Shown here: one piece after another, positions 13,009 through 25,956 of the stretch
How the letters are laid out: each line of letters opens with the position of its first letter
Numbering within the stretch: position 1 is the stretch's first letter
From: Leidyana gryllorum EB-2025a
Lineage: Eukaryota; Protista; Apicomplexa
Direction of reading: 5' to 3'
Assembly: GCA_048772705.1 (NCBI GenBank)
Contig: JBLWGC010000143.1
Location: forward strand, 22,688-86,687
DNA: 64,000 bases
Position numbers and translations under genes: made by a program
The notes under the pieces: model-generated
The model's input: the letters and a program-made list of their open reading frames with translations, nothing else
What the model was told of the DNA's origin: nothing
Databases searched by the model: none

Positions 13009-15270
13009 ATGGGGTCTCCAGACTTCCGCAACATCACCGAGTGGGGTTGGCGTTGTCATTGGTGTACATTAGGGAATGCCCAGTCTGTGCGAGAGTGTGA
13101 GGTGTGTCTAGCGCCTCGTACCGTGCGCGTGGCAGCGCGGGCCACCAATATATTGGAGGTTATTCACGCGCACCACGGCACAAATGGAGCGGGAACTGAA
13201 GCAGAGCGGAGGCTGAGAGGCGTCGTTGCCGACAACCCATCGAACGTTGCCACAACTCGAAATCGTGAAGGTGAGAACAAGGAGTGGCAACGATCGGGAC
13301 GCAAACAGCGTCCAGCTCCTACTAAGTCAGAGCTATCGGTTACGACGAAATATCAATGTCCTCGGTGCAAACATATCGCAGCATCCGCAGACATCGTTGC
13401 TTGTGGCAACTGTGGTGCGTTAGTAAAGCAAGATGCTCAAGCCGCTCCGTCGAGGCTAAAGCCAATTCGAAGACCAAACAATGTCCCGGTTCGCCGTGGG
13501 GGAATGCGATCAAACCCAAACAGGAACCAATTTGAGGCATTCCGGAGTAGTAGTAGTGAAAGCGATAATGATGAACAGTCGGAATTTCCCAAGTTGCGTT
13601 CAAGACGAAGAGGAGCTCGAAGAGAGCGACAGTCCACACAAAATCAACGTCAACCCGCGGTTGGCACATTTGATGGAGACTCTTCAGGGGAGAACCCGGC
13701 CCTGCGAGTATTGATTGAGCTTTGCCACGCACATTTCGCGGGCAACCCCTCGCCTCCCCTATGCATGATTGTCTGCCCCCATTGTGATGGCATCATTGAT
13801 GAGTATGACCAAGTTCACCCTGATGGCCCCATTATCAGCTGGCTGGCGAACGCTGGAGCCTCCAGCGACTCCCTGCCGGCTCAGCCCCTGCCTTGCCCTC
13901 TGTGTCAGTGCCCATTGATTGCAGGTCATGCGATCACAGCTGTGACAGAGATTGTGTTGGGAGCGGCGGTACCAGACTTATCATTGTACAGTAATTTGAT
14001 TGCGCAAGAAGGATCAGGAGCACGGCCGGCGGCTTCCGAAGGAAACGATTTCCTTCCAGCTCCATCGTTGTTGAACAGCGACGGAGTAACCCATGCTAAC
14101 AGTATCGCATCCAACGTCGCCCCCGCTTCTGACCCCCCTCACCTTATCTCGGGAGCGGGCTTAGAGACCACTGGCGAAGCCCCTCCCGGATTCCTCGAGT
14201 CCCACCGTTTCAGACAGCGTCTCATACTGGACGACCACGAGTTTGAAAGCCTGTCCGTTCACACGGCTCTCAGCGGGCCTCACGGAACGTCAGGTTACAT
14301 CAGAGACTCGGTTCCGCCTGAGAGGGACGACGATCAATCGTCTGCAGACACACCGCCGAGATGGTTGCGCGAGCGTCAGCAACGCGGGTTTCATCCCGCT
14401 CAGTCTTGTAACGACCTCGACAATGACGGAGAACAGCGACGGCATGAGTTCTCTTACGACTTTTTCGTACGCTGTCGAGTGATCATGATGTTGGGGCTCC
14501 CTTCCTCCGGTAAGTTTACAGTTGATACCACAGATCGATCATCGTGTGTCCTAAAGGGAAAACCTCGCTTGCCAAGTTACTCGAGAGCCACTTGGGATAT
14601 AAAGTGATTGCAGAAGACCCTCGCGGCGGCTCCAGACATTTGGCCTTTGCAGGTGAGTGCTGGGTGGGGCAACGAGAGTCATTTTTCCGGTGCTCACAGC
14701 GCTCGAGAAGATCTTGGATGAAGCCAAAGGCTCGAGTTCACAGTCTAATCGAATGAGCACAATTCCTCGAATTGTCATAGACTTTGCGAATTTAACCAAA
14801 GCCGAACGTCAGGAATGGTTCGAATGTCTCAGTGCCAGAGGGTAATATCGATCACAGCACATTTCTGATCTAATGACATCTAACATTTCTTCCAGCGTCC
14901 CCCGATATAGGGTCGGTATCCTGATGCTTTCCCTCAACCCTCACTTTTGCGCGTGAGTCAACCAACCTCCTCCACACTTCTATTCTGACTATAATGGTCA
15001 CAGTTCCTTCCGTATGCAAGCTAAACGTGTGGCCTCGGAACGAGATAGAGACCTCGTAGCACAGGAGATATTCCAGGCACTGCAATCCTGGGAAGAAGTC
15101 GACACCGAGACCGAAGTGGACCCTGACTGTGTTTTTGGACTACAGAACAAGGTGAGAGGGGAGACACGGGACACATATAACATTCTGTTCTCTGCTTCGT
15201 CTCCCAGGAACAAGTGCAACAAGTTCGGTGGTTCATAAGACGAGTAATGCCAGACGTAGTTTGTGTGTGA
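13009..15270 (+). CDS. RanBP2-type zinc-finger protein with C-terminal P-loop (AAA_33/nucleotide kinase-like) domain, multi-exon
   Basis: WRCHWCTLGN...CEVC and further CxxC pairs; MLGLPSSGKT Walker A after splicing; IVID..NLT..ER motif; last exon ends VMPDVVCV* at 15270. Confidence 0.65.
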
Positions 15271-15325
15271 AGCGTATTTTCAGGGCATCCGAGGTTTTTT
15301 TCAGTAGAACTGCGTTATTGTCAAG

Positions 15326-16989
15326 ATGGAACCCCCCAAAAACGTCGATGTGCCTGTTGAGGAAGGAGGCGAACTCAGCGAGAAGGCCCAGAAAAAGCTT
15401 GCTGCCAAGCAAGAGAAGGAGGCCAAGAAAGCTGAGAGAGCCGCTGCCTTGGCAGCCCAGCAACAGGCGGCCGCGGCTGCCCTGAACAAAGTCGTGTCTT
15501 CCATCGAAGAAGACACTTATGGCTATCTCCCTCTCTGCCAATCCACCACTCGTACTCAGCGAGTGTGGCTTGGTGTAGGAGAGGTCAACGCCTCCCAAGT
15601 GGGCCAAAAAGTGTGGGTCCGCGGAAGAGTTCAGGATAGTCGCAACAAGGGCAGTCTGGGCTTCTTGGTGTTGCGTGAGAAGTTCAGCACTATTCAGGTC
15701 GTCATTGCCAACAACAAGGACCTTCTCAAATTTGCCGCTTCGCTGCCCCTGGAGTCAATCGTTGACATCTACGGCGAAGTCGTTGACCCCGGCTGCGAGA
15801 TTCACGGCGCTACCCAGCCCGTCGAGCTCCACGCCGTCAAAGTTTTCTGTGTGTCGAAAGCATGTCAAGGTGAGTTGGTCCCCTTTAAGCCTTTCGGACA
15901 GCGCGTCCTGCAGAGTTGCCTTTCCAAATGAAGGACGCTAACCGTCCGGAAGCGGAAGAGTTGACCGAAGGAGCAGTCCGCGTTGCTCAGGACACTCGTT
16001 TGGATAACAGAGTGCTCGATTTGCGAACGGCCGCTATGCAAGCCATCTTGCGGGTTGCGTCGCAAACCTGCACCCTGTTCCGTGAAGCTCTGCTCAAAAG
16101 AGGTTTCACTGAAATCCACACCCCGAAACTGATCGGAGGGACTTCGGAGGGTGGCACCAATGTGTTTAGACTCAAATATTTCGGCCGCGACGCCTGTATG
16201 GCTCAGAGTCCGCAGCTGCACAAGCAGATGTCCATTTGTGCCGACGTGGGCCGTGTGTTTGAAATAGGACCAGTATTCCGTGCCGAGAACAGTAACACAC
16301 ACAGGCATCTGTGTGAGTTCACGGGCATGGATTTCGAGATGGCTTTCAAGGAGCACTACTTTGAAGCACTCGAAGTCGCTGAGGGAATGTTCCTGGATAT
16401 CTTCAAAGGTCTCGAGGAGCGTTGTGCCGCAGAGATTGCTTGTGTGCACAAGCAGTACCCCGCCGAGCCATTCAAGGCTGGGGATCCGTCCAAGCCAGTA
16501 TTGAGGCTGGATTTTGCCGAAGGGTGCGCCATGCTGCGTGAGGCCAAAATTGGAGATGTCCCGGAGGACATCACGACCTTCGATATCAACACTGAGCAAG
16601 AGAAGGCTCTGGGTCGATTAATTCGCGAGAAGTATGACACTGACTTTTATTACATGATCAACTATCCCTTGGCTGTTCGGCCGTTCTACACCATGCCGGC
16701 ACCTCAAGACCCCAAACTCTCCAATTCGTACGACTTCTTCATGAGAGGCGAGGAGATTGTGAGTGGCGCCCAGCGTATCCACGATCCCGTGATGCTCACT
16801 GAGAGAGCTAAGGCTTGTGGCATTGATGTCGAGACGCTTCGCGATTACATTGGCAGCTTCGAACTGGCAGCTCCCCCCCATGCTGGGGTTGGCGTAGGAA
16901 TGGAACGAGTTGTTATGCTCTTCCTTGGCCTCCCTAACATTCGCAAGGTTTCCATGTTCCCTAGAGATCCGAAACGTCTTGCTCCCTGA
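15326..16989 (+). CDS. DARS: Cytosolic aspartyl-tRNA synthetase
   Basis: OB-fold anticodon domain; [24 protein letters not shown] and FPRDPKRL motifs; 44-nt intron 15870-15913. Confidence 0.96.
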
Positions 16990-17028
16990 TATTTTTTCCT
17001 TGGCGCACTAGTGGTGCAGCACCTGGTC

Positions 17029-20000
17029 ATGTATAACGGTTTAAGTCCTCCAGGTTCCAGCCAAAAAGTACTATGTCTCTTCGCCTTCGCGACATTGGGT
17101 GATCGCTTGGCCATTGCCTTTGCTTCTTTGCTTTTAATCATTCAAGGGGCAATTGGGGTGGGTTGCTACTCCACAAACACACATCTCACTGCAGCCACTC
17201 AATCTCGTCGTCCTGGGACGGGCTGTGTCGGCCATTGGTGCCAATGATCTCGGCAGATCATTCGATTTGATCATTTATTATTATGCAGTTTTGGCAGCTA
17301 TCGGCTTTGTCTCTGGCGGACTTGCCAGTTTGATCTTTGAATGGACAGCCGAACGACAGATACGAAACTGCAAGAGATGCTATCACGAAGCTCTCTTGCG
17401 CCAGAGTATGGAGTTCTACGATCAGGTCGATGTAGGCACTCTAGCAGCCAACTTGGAACAGACTTGCCTTCGGATACGTGATGGTATAGGAATCAAGCTC
17501 GGCATGTCTTTCCACTGTCTCTCGAACTTCTTCGTGGGCTATGGTATCGCACTCGCGCTCATCTGGCGCTTAGCTCTCGTCATGAGTGCCACTGCGCCCC
17601 TCACCGTCGCTGCCTTGTGTGCTTTCCATTATATCATGCAGCACTACAATGAGAAAGGGAACGAACACATCAAACACGCCGGTGCGGTTGTCGAAGAGGC
17701 TGTTCCCTCTGCCCGAACCATTGCGGCTTTCAGTCTGGAAGAGCGATTCTGCAATCTGTTCAACGAGCGCATCGGCAAAGCTGAAGCCATCGACATCAAA
17801 GCTAACACTCTGCTCTCCATAACAGGCGCTATGGTGAATGCCTGTCCCTACATTAGCTATGCCATTGGGCTGCTGTACGGCTCACATTTCGTCCGAAACG
17901 CCTATATCGAATCCGATGGACAAGACTCAGCCACAGGCGGATATGTTATGACAACATTCTCATGTGTCCTCAGTGCCACACAGGCCCTGGGCACCCTGCT
18001 GCCCTACTTGGGAGGTGTTGCTCGAGCCATTGATTCAATTAGACAGATTTTGGACCTTTCAGCCACTCCGTCCAAAATTAACCCTTTTGATGAGTCTGGA
18101 GAGGTGAGTGAGAGAGACACACGCGTGAAAGTTTTAACGGGTCGCTGTGCAGAGGAGAGACGAGCCGCTGACAGGCCACATCAAGTTTATTGATGTCAGA
18201 TTTTCGTACCCCTCGAGGCCCGACAAGGCCGTCTATCAGGCCGTCAACTTTGAGATTCTCCCTGGAGAGACTGTGGCACTGGTTGGCCCGTCTGGATGCG
18301 GCAAGAGCACCGCTTTGCAGCTGATCGAAAGGTTCTACGACCCAACGTCGGGTTCGGTTGAGATCGACGGGCTGGACAGCCGTCGGTACTCCTTGCCGTG
18401 GCTACGAAAGCAGATTGCGCTCGTCTCCCAGGAGCCCAGACTGTTTTGCGATACCGTCGAGAACAATATTCTGTATGGGTACAATGGAGACCGCTCGGAG
18501 GTGACCCGAGAGCGCGTTATCCAAGTGGCCAAACAGGCCAATGCGCACGACTTTATATCTGCTCTGCCTCACGGTTACGAGACTAACGTGGGACTCGGCG
18601 GTGGCCTCTTGAGCGGTGGGCAGAAACAGAGAGTGTCGATCGCGCGAGCGATTCTGCGTGACCCCTCGATTCTGATCCTGGATGAAGCCACGAGTGCTCT
18701 GGACAACGAGTCGGAAAAGATTGTTCAGAAGGCTCTGGATCAGTTGATTGCCGCCAAACCCAGAACCACTCTGATTATAGCCCATCGATTGAGTACCATT
18801 ATGGCAGCCAATAAGATTATTGTGTTTGACAACCCGGATGGAGAGGGAAGTCGGGTTGTGGAATGCGGGTCACATGCCGAGTTGCTCAAAATAGAGGATG
18901 GAATATACCGAGCGTTGGTCGAAGCTCAAACAATCACAACCAGTGGTACAGCGGAGCAGAAGAACGAGCTGCAGAGCGAGCTCGATAAAGCCTTGGCGGT
19001 CGATGCCTTTGCAGTCGAACATTCTCTGAGTCCTGCACCGTCTCTCAGGCTAAGCTCCACAGTCGGGCGCATTTTGCCTACGCTATCGGGCCAACAGCAA
19101 CAGTCAATATGTAAGTTTTGCCCACACAACTCCCCGCCGACACACCATTGATGTTTCTCTCAACAGGGGAGCGTACGGGACTGGACTTCTCTCCAGGCGC
19201 TCCTACTCCTCAGTCACCCAATTTGGTGCCCAAGTCGTCCAATCAGCTGCAGATCGGAGGCAGTCAGACATTCGGCAGCAAAGCGTTCAATACGAGTGCC
19301 AATGACCTCTTAGCCATCCCGCCTATGCCGTCGGTGAATTACTCCGAGAAGCAGGATGCCCATCCGGTGTCAGCCAAGCCGATGCTCAGAGACACGCAGT
19401 TTGAGGTCCTGCATAGCAAAAAGATCAGACGGTTGTACGGTGAAATGAAGAAGGATTGGGCCCTTATGGTACTCGGGAGTATCGGAGCGGTTGGATGTGG
19501 CGTCATGTACCCCGTCATGTCCGTTCTGACGGCTTGGATTATGAATATGTTTTACACCACCGATCCCGATCTGAGTGTGGAAGAGAACGCGAGCAAAATA
19601 GTCACAGATGCAGCCAAAGCCTGCGGTATCATGTTTGGGGTGGCTGCGGCCGGTGGTCTCTGTATCTTCCTTCAGTGGGAGGGGTGGGGCAGAGCTGGCG
19701 AACACATTGTTTACAATCTGAGACGCCGAGTGTTCCACACTGTTATGTATCAGGACATGGAGTTCTTTGATGACCCCCTCAACAACACAGGCCGCATCTC
19801 TTCAATCATCACTGCAGACTGTGGGCTGACTCGCGGTGTAACGGGTGCCAATGGAGCTCTCATTTGTCAAAGCATCGCCACCCTCGTTGTGGCTATGACA
19901 TTCGCATTCATCGGACACCCCGCATTGGCAGCTGTTTGCTGCTCCACATACTTCCTTCTGATACCAGCGATATATCTCCAGATGACTTTCACCAAAGCCG

Positions 20001-21466
20001 TTCGGAGCAGCTTGGCCAATGGCACACTCGTCCAAGATGTAAGTGATCTCAAACAAAGTGTCATCACCCCTAAACTTCCGCCACCATCAGACTCCAGAGT
20101 TTCACATGAACGAAACGCTCACAAACCTCCGTACAATCGCCGCATACGGATTACAGCAGGTGAGGGCGGCCGTGCGGCACACACTGACTCTCTTTTTTAG
20201 GATATGATGCACCACTATGACGACGCTTTGGCTGTGGAGCTCCGCCGAGGTCGACAGAATGCAATGATTATCGGTCTAACGACCGGATTCGTTGCGGCTC
20301 TGATGTCGGCCGCGAATTGTCTGTCCTTTTTGTACGCGGGTCATCTGCTGCGACGGGAAGATAATGAGTTGGACCTCCAGACCACGCTGCAGGTCATATT
20401 CGTAGCTATGACGGCAGGCGCACGGATAGGCAATAGCTCAGTGTACGCCACTGATATCCGAAAAGCAAAAGCTGCAGTCGTCAATATCTATTTGATCCTC
20501 GAACGCGAACCCCTTCAAGACGTCAGAGATCCCCATGGCTTCAAGAATTCGATCTCCGGTGCTGCGGATTTCCGGTCTCTCGTATTCAGATATCCACACC
20601 GCCCAAACAATCCGGTGAGTTCTCCGCTTCGACCTCACATAGAATGTCCTTAGGTACTCGGCAATGTCTCCTTCGAGGTCAAATCGGGAGAGACGGTCGC
20701 CTTGGTGGGAGCTTCTGGGAGCGGCAAGTCTACCATTATTGAGCTGTTGGAGCGTTTTTACGACCTTCGTGCCTCATCGGAGATGCGGCTGAAGGTTAGA
20801 GACGCCAATCAGACGGCGGCTTTGGACACGGAAGCCAGAGCGCCCTCCAAAGCTCTCTCAGCAGTCGACTTTTTCGGGGGAGAAATCATTCTGGATGGCC
20901 GCAGCGTTGAGGCATACAACCTGAAACATCTCAGAAGTCAGATAGGCCTCGTTGGACAGGAACCAGTCCTCTTCGATATGACGATTGCAGAAAACATTGG
21001 TGCGGGGCGTCACGGAGCGACTGACAGCGACATTATTGAAGCTGCCAAAAAGGCTCACGCTCACGAATTCATCATGGCTCAGCCATCAGGGTACAACACA
21101 AAGGTGGGCAGGGGTGGAGGCCACATGTCGGGAGGCCAAAAGCAACGGTTGGCCATCGCCCGAGCATTGATACGTCAACCACGACTCCTTTTGTTGGACG
21201 AAGCCACTTCCGCTTTGGATCCTGAGAGCGAGCGTCAAGTCCAAAAGACGATTGACGACGTTCTCGCGTCGGAACAGCAAACGACTGCCATTATGATCGC
21301 ACATCGTCTCAGCACAGTACGCAACGCCAACAAAATTGTCGTCTTCGCCCCCCGACCAGGTTCCGGATCCGTCATTGTCGAGACCGGTACACACGAGGAG
21401 CTCATGAGCCGACCAAACGGAGTATATCGCAACTTGGTCGAACTTTCCACTCAGCAAGTTCGGTGA
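17029..21466 (+). CDS. MDR1: Full-size ABCB (P-glycoprotein/MDR1-like) transporter, multi-exon
   Basis: TMD-NBD-TMD-NBD layout; GPSGCGKST/LSGGQKQ/ILDEATSALD and GASGSGKST/MSGGQKQ/LLDEATSALD; start position approximate. Confidence 0.93.
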
Positions 21467-21490
21467 CACAACTGGTCCTCCTTTAAGTGC

Positions 21491-23524
21491 TCAGTGCATC
21501 ACTCCCGCAATAATACCCACTAACGATGTAACACCCAGCAGCGATGTAAAACCGATACCCCAATTCAGCAAAGCGCCGCTCTCCGACCCAGTGCCATCAA
21601 CGCCGGGAGTGCTCCAACTTGGATAAGTACTCCCGTCAGGACCAGTGATGACCCCGCCTCCGCCAGGAGCCGTGGTGCCTCCCACTCCAGCGGTGGTCGA
21701 ACCGGAATCTGGAAAGTCTGTCTCCACAGGCCTCTTGCTCGCCTGACTTACCGATAGGATAGGTTACACCAGTTCCAGCTGGGGCGTCGGTGGGATTCAC
21801 TTGTGTAGATCCCTCTCCATTTGACAAGCTTCCGCTGCCCCCAGGATTACTGGTTCCAAGGTTCACGCCGATGTCGCCATAAGGGCAGTTGTTGGCTGCG
21901 TCTTGCTGTGTCAAGGGACATGGGAAGTTCGTCCATTGAGGCTGAAGAGGGCTTGACGCTACACAGGCAACCGAAGACTCACCACAGTATAATTCGAGGT
22001 CGCACCCAGGTGACCAGCAGGATTCACCTGCATAGACCTACCGTACCAACCATCCAAAGCACCCTTGATGAGTTCGCCTGCGGACTCGCGACTGCGTTGA
22101 CTACCGAAATCAGAAGCAGCCCATACGATACCGCCACCCATCCCGTACTTTTTGGCATATGCCATCTTCTCCTTCCAAGCGCGGTCAGACTCCCAGCTGA
22201 CGAACACGTTTCTTTCGCCCGCACGTTTCGGGTTTGTGTTGCAGTAAAGGGTGTCAGTCTTGGTCTGATCATCCCAGGTGTGCTCACAGGCTGGCAGCCA
22301 GTTGGCGTAGATATCCCAAATTGACACGTTGCCGGGCTCAAGTGTCCCTTGGCCATTGTGATTGGATGTGACAGTCGACGTCTGCCACATTCCCTTGGGC
22401 GACGACCCTTTTGAGGTGGCTGGGATACCCTGCCAGACCTTCCCGTACGTAGCCAAACCCATAATGAGTTTGTTGGGATACTTGCACCGATTGAGGACGG
22501 CTTGCACGGAGTGATCGATGTTATAATTGTCGGTTTCACCGCCGGAGTCAGTGGAACCGTACAGAGGTGCGAGGGGACTGGCGTAGTTGAGCCAGGTGCC
22601 AAAGAAATCGTAAGTCATCAGATTGATCCAATCCATTGTACGATCTTCACACATCCATTCGATGGGAGTCGGGTCGGGATACTTTGAGGTCCCACCCGCC
22701 AATAGATCGGGATTCATACCAATGGCCATCGTGTTATACATTCGGCGTCCCAACTCTTTCTCCAACTTGTCGAGTGCGGTTCGCATATCCGCCAAGAAGC
22801 TCTTGAAGACCTCCCAGTCGCCGCGCTGGGATTTGTTGGCTGTCGTTCTACACACCTCCTCCCCTTGACAACCGCAGGGCTCGGCACAGCCGGGGTACTC
22901 CCAATCGAAATCGACACCGTCCATACCGTAAGCGCGGATAGTATCGATGATACTATTAATGTAAGCCCCGCGGTTCGCTGGTTGAACGCATTTCCTGTGG
23001 TTCAGTGAAAGTTGAGTAGGCGTCTGGCCGATGTGTGGCACTTACATCATAGAATGACTGCGTGACCAGCCGCCCAGAGACATCAACAGCTGTTCGCAAT
23101 TCTGTGTCACTCGCCTCACATGATTGACTCACAATAAAATCGGTCCCGTAGCGTTTCTTGAGGGTGATATATCCTCCCATAACGCCATTGAAAGTGTACC
23201 ACTCGCCCCCCCAAAGTGGATCTTGCTTCTCCATGTCTCCCCAGGTGTCCAGCGTTCGCAGTCTGCAGTCGCCCTCGTCAGCCATCAAGAAAGCGTGATT
23301 GACAATGAGACGGCGGAATTGGGGGTCGCGTTGGAAGATTCCGCGATCCATATCGCTCACGTAGTAATCCCTCTCGTGTACCGCCCACTGGACCGACTTC
23401 AGAAAGGACAGCAGTCATCACCTACGTTCTCAAAGTAGAAGACCATATCGGGACCGTTAGGATCCAGCGCCTCTATTGCGGGCAATGCCGCCAAGAAAGT
23501 CAGAAAGTTGCCAATACCCTTCAT
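21491..23524 (-). CDS. GH18 chitinase copy A, signal peptide and GPI-anchor-like tail
   Basis: MKGIGNF signal peptide; SLGGW; catalytic MDGVDFDWEYP (DxxDxDxE); LMTYDF; terminal barrel W; Gly/Ser/Thr linker and hydrophobic C-terminus. Confidence 0.92.
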
Positions 23525-23765
23525 GTTGCTGCACGTTCCACAGTGTGGGGTGGGCGGGTTAGCCTCAGCTTCACTTTGCTGCTGTGACTTGCCACAATCT
23601 GCCCGGACTGCTGTCCCATAATGCCCACAGAGGTATACCTGGAAGGCGGTGAAATAAGACACTAATATTACACTTGGCGGGGAAACTCGAGTAATCACTG
23701 CTTCTACAGATACATTCGGTTTGAGTGTCTCGTTGGACTGGAATATCCAGCCGCCAACTTCGCAC

Positions 23766-25655
23766 TTAGAGGACATAGGCAACGATGAAAGTAAACACGC
23801 TCGCCACGCTGAAGAGCAGACTGGCTGTGGCACCGCTCGGCTTTCCAATATCGTTCCCACCACTCCACTGTCCACTACCCGTTCCAACAGGGGCCGACGT
23901 AGGATCGACTTGGGTTGACGAACTGCCATTCGACAGACTTCCGCTTCCACCCGAGTTGCTATTACCAGTGTTGACCGATGTGTCTCCCAGTGGACAGTTG
24001 TTGGCACTGTTCTCCTGCGAGAGGGGGCAGGGGAATCCGCTCCATTGGGGCTGCGAGATGCACAAATCACCGATACTGTTTTGTTAGTACTCACCACTTC
24101 CGCAGCTGGCGTGGCTCCCAGGTGTCCTGCAGGATTGAGTTTGACAGAACCGCCAAACCAACCATCCAAGGCGCCTTGCAACAGCTCTCCGGCGGATTCG
24201 CGCTTGCGAGCACTTCCAAAGTCAGAAGCAGCCCAAACGATACCGCCGCCCATCCCATGCTGTCTCGCATATGCCATCTTCTCCTTCCAAGCGCGGTCGG
24301 ATTCCCAGCTGACAAACACGTTTGTCTGACTGCTCTGTTTGGGGTTGGTGGCGCAATAAAGAGTGTCGGTCTTTGTCTGATCGTCCCAGAAGTGTTCACA
24401 GTTGGGAAGCCAGTTGGCGTAGATATCCCAGATCGATACGTTACCGGGCTCGAGGGTCCCTTGACCATTATGGTTCCACCCAGCAGTCGAGGTCTGCCAC
24501 ATTCCTTTCGGTGAAGAACCGACCGAGGTGCCGGGTATGCCGGCCCACACTTTCCCGTACGTAGCCAGACCCATAATGAGTTTGTTGGGATACTTGCACC
24601 GTTTGAGGACGGCTTGGACGGAGTGATCGATGTTATAATTGTCGGTTTCACCGCCGGAATCAGTGGAACCGTACAGAGGCGCGAGGGGACTGGCGTAGTT
24701 GAGCCAGGTACCGAAGAAATCGTAAGTCATCAGATTGATCCAATCCATCGTACGGTCTTCACACATCCATTCGATGGGAGTCGGGTCGGGATACTTGGCG
24801 GTTCCACCAGACAGCAGATCGGGGTTCATACCAATGGCCATCGTGTTATACATTCGACGTCCCAACTCTGCCTCCAATTTGTCAAGAGCGACCCTCATGT
24901 CAGCCAGGAAGCCCTTGAACACCTCCCAATCACCGACCTGCGATTTGTTGGACGTGGAAGTGCACACCTCCTCGCCTTGACAACCGCAGGGCTCAGCACA
25001 GCCGGGGTACTCCCAATCGAAATCGACACCGTCCATACCGTAAGCGCGAATAACGTCAACGATACTCTGAATATAAGTGGCGCGGTTCGCTGGCTGGACG
25101 CACTTCCTGTTAAAGTTGCCACGAAATGAACGAATGATCTCCCGAACATCAAACACTCGTACACTTACATCATTGAATGACTACGGGACCATCCGCCCAG
25201 AGACATCAGAAGCTATTGAGGGGCAATTTCGGATATCAGATGATCAACAGTCTCAACTCACAATGAAGTCTGTGCCATAGCGCTTCTTCAAGGTCAGATA
25301 GCCTCCCAAAACACCGTTGAAGGTATCCCAGGCACCGCCCCAGCTGATATCTGTCTTTTCCATGTCAGCCCAGGAGTCGAGTGTGCGCAGTTTGCAGTCG
25401 CCCTCATCGGCCATAAAGAAGGCGTGATTGATGATCAGACGGCGGAAGGGAGGATCGCGTTGAAAGATACCTCGATCCAGATCGCTTACATAGTAGTCAC
25501 GCTCATACACCGCCCACTGGAATCACCGCATGTGACACTCGAGCAGATCTACTCACGTTCTCGTAGTAAAAGACCATATCGGGACCGTTTGGATCCAGGG
25601 CGTAGCCACCTTGAAGTGGCGCGCATAGCGCTAAAAGTGCACTGAAAGCCTTCAT
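23766..25655 (-). CDS. GH18 chitinase copy B, signal peptide and GPI-anchor-like tail
   Basis: Same motifs and intron positions as copy A; ends SGATASLLFSVASVFTFIVAYVL*. Confidence 0.92.
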
Positions 25656-25956
25656 GACACTGCACGTCACTTTAGTGTGGGGTGGAAACCGATGAATCGT
25701 CCTTCATGGACGGAAGCACAGAGAAGAACCCCAATAATCGATCGGCCAAGTGCAGATTGTTGCTGCCATATAGCTTTTGCGTCAATAGTCGCTTTTGAGA
25801 CACGGGCCATCGATGCTGTATGCTTGGTGGCCCCTGGAAGTTTTGCCTTCCCAGTCAAGCCCGTTTTACAAGTGGACAGCTTCATCGAGATCAAGACACA
25901 CACTTGAATATGGTGTGGTTGTTTTGAAGTGCTTATATCTCTTGTCGTTAAGCCGT

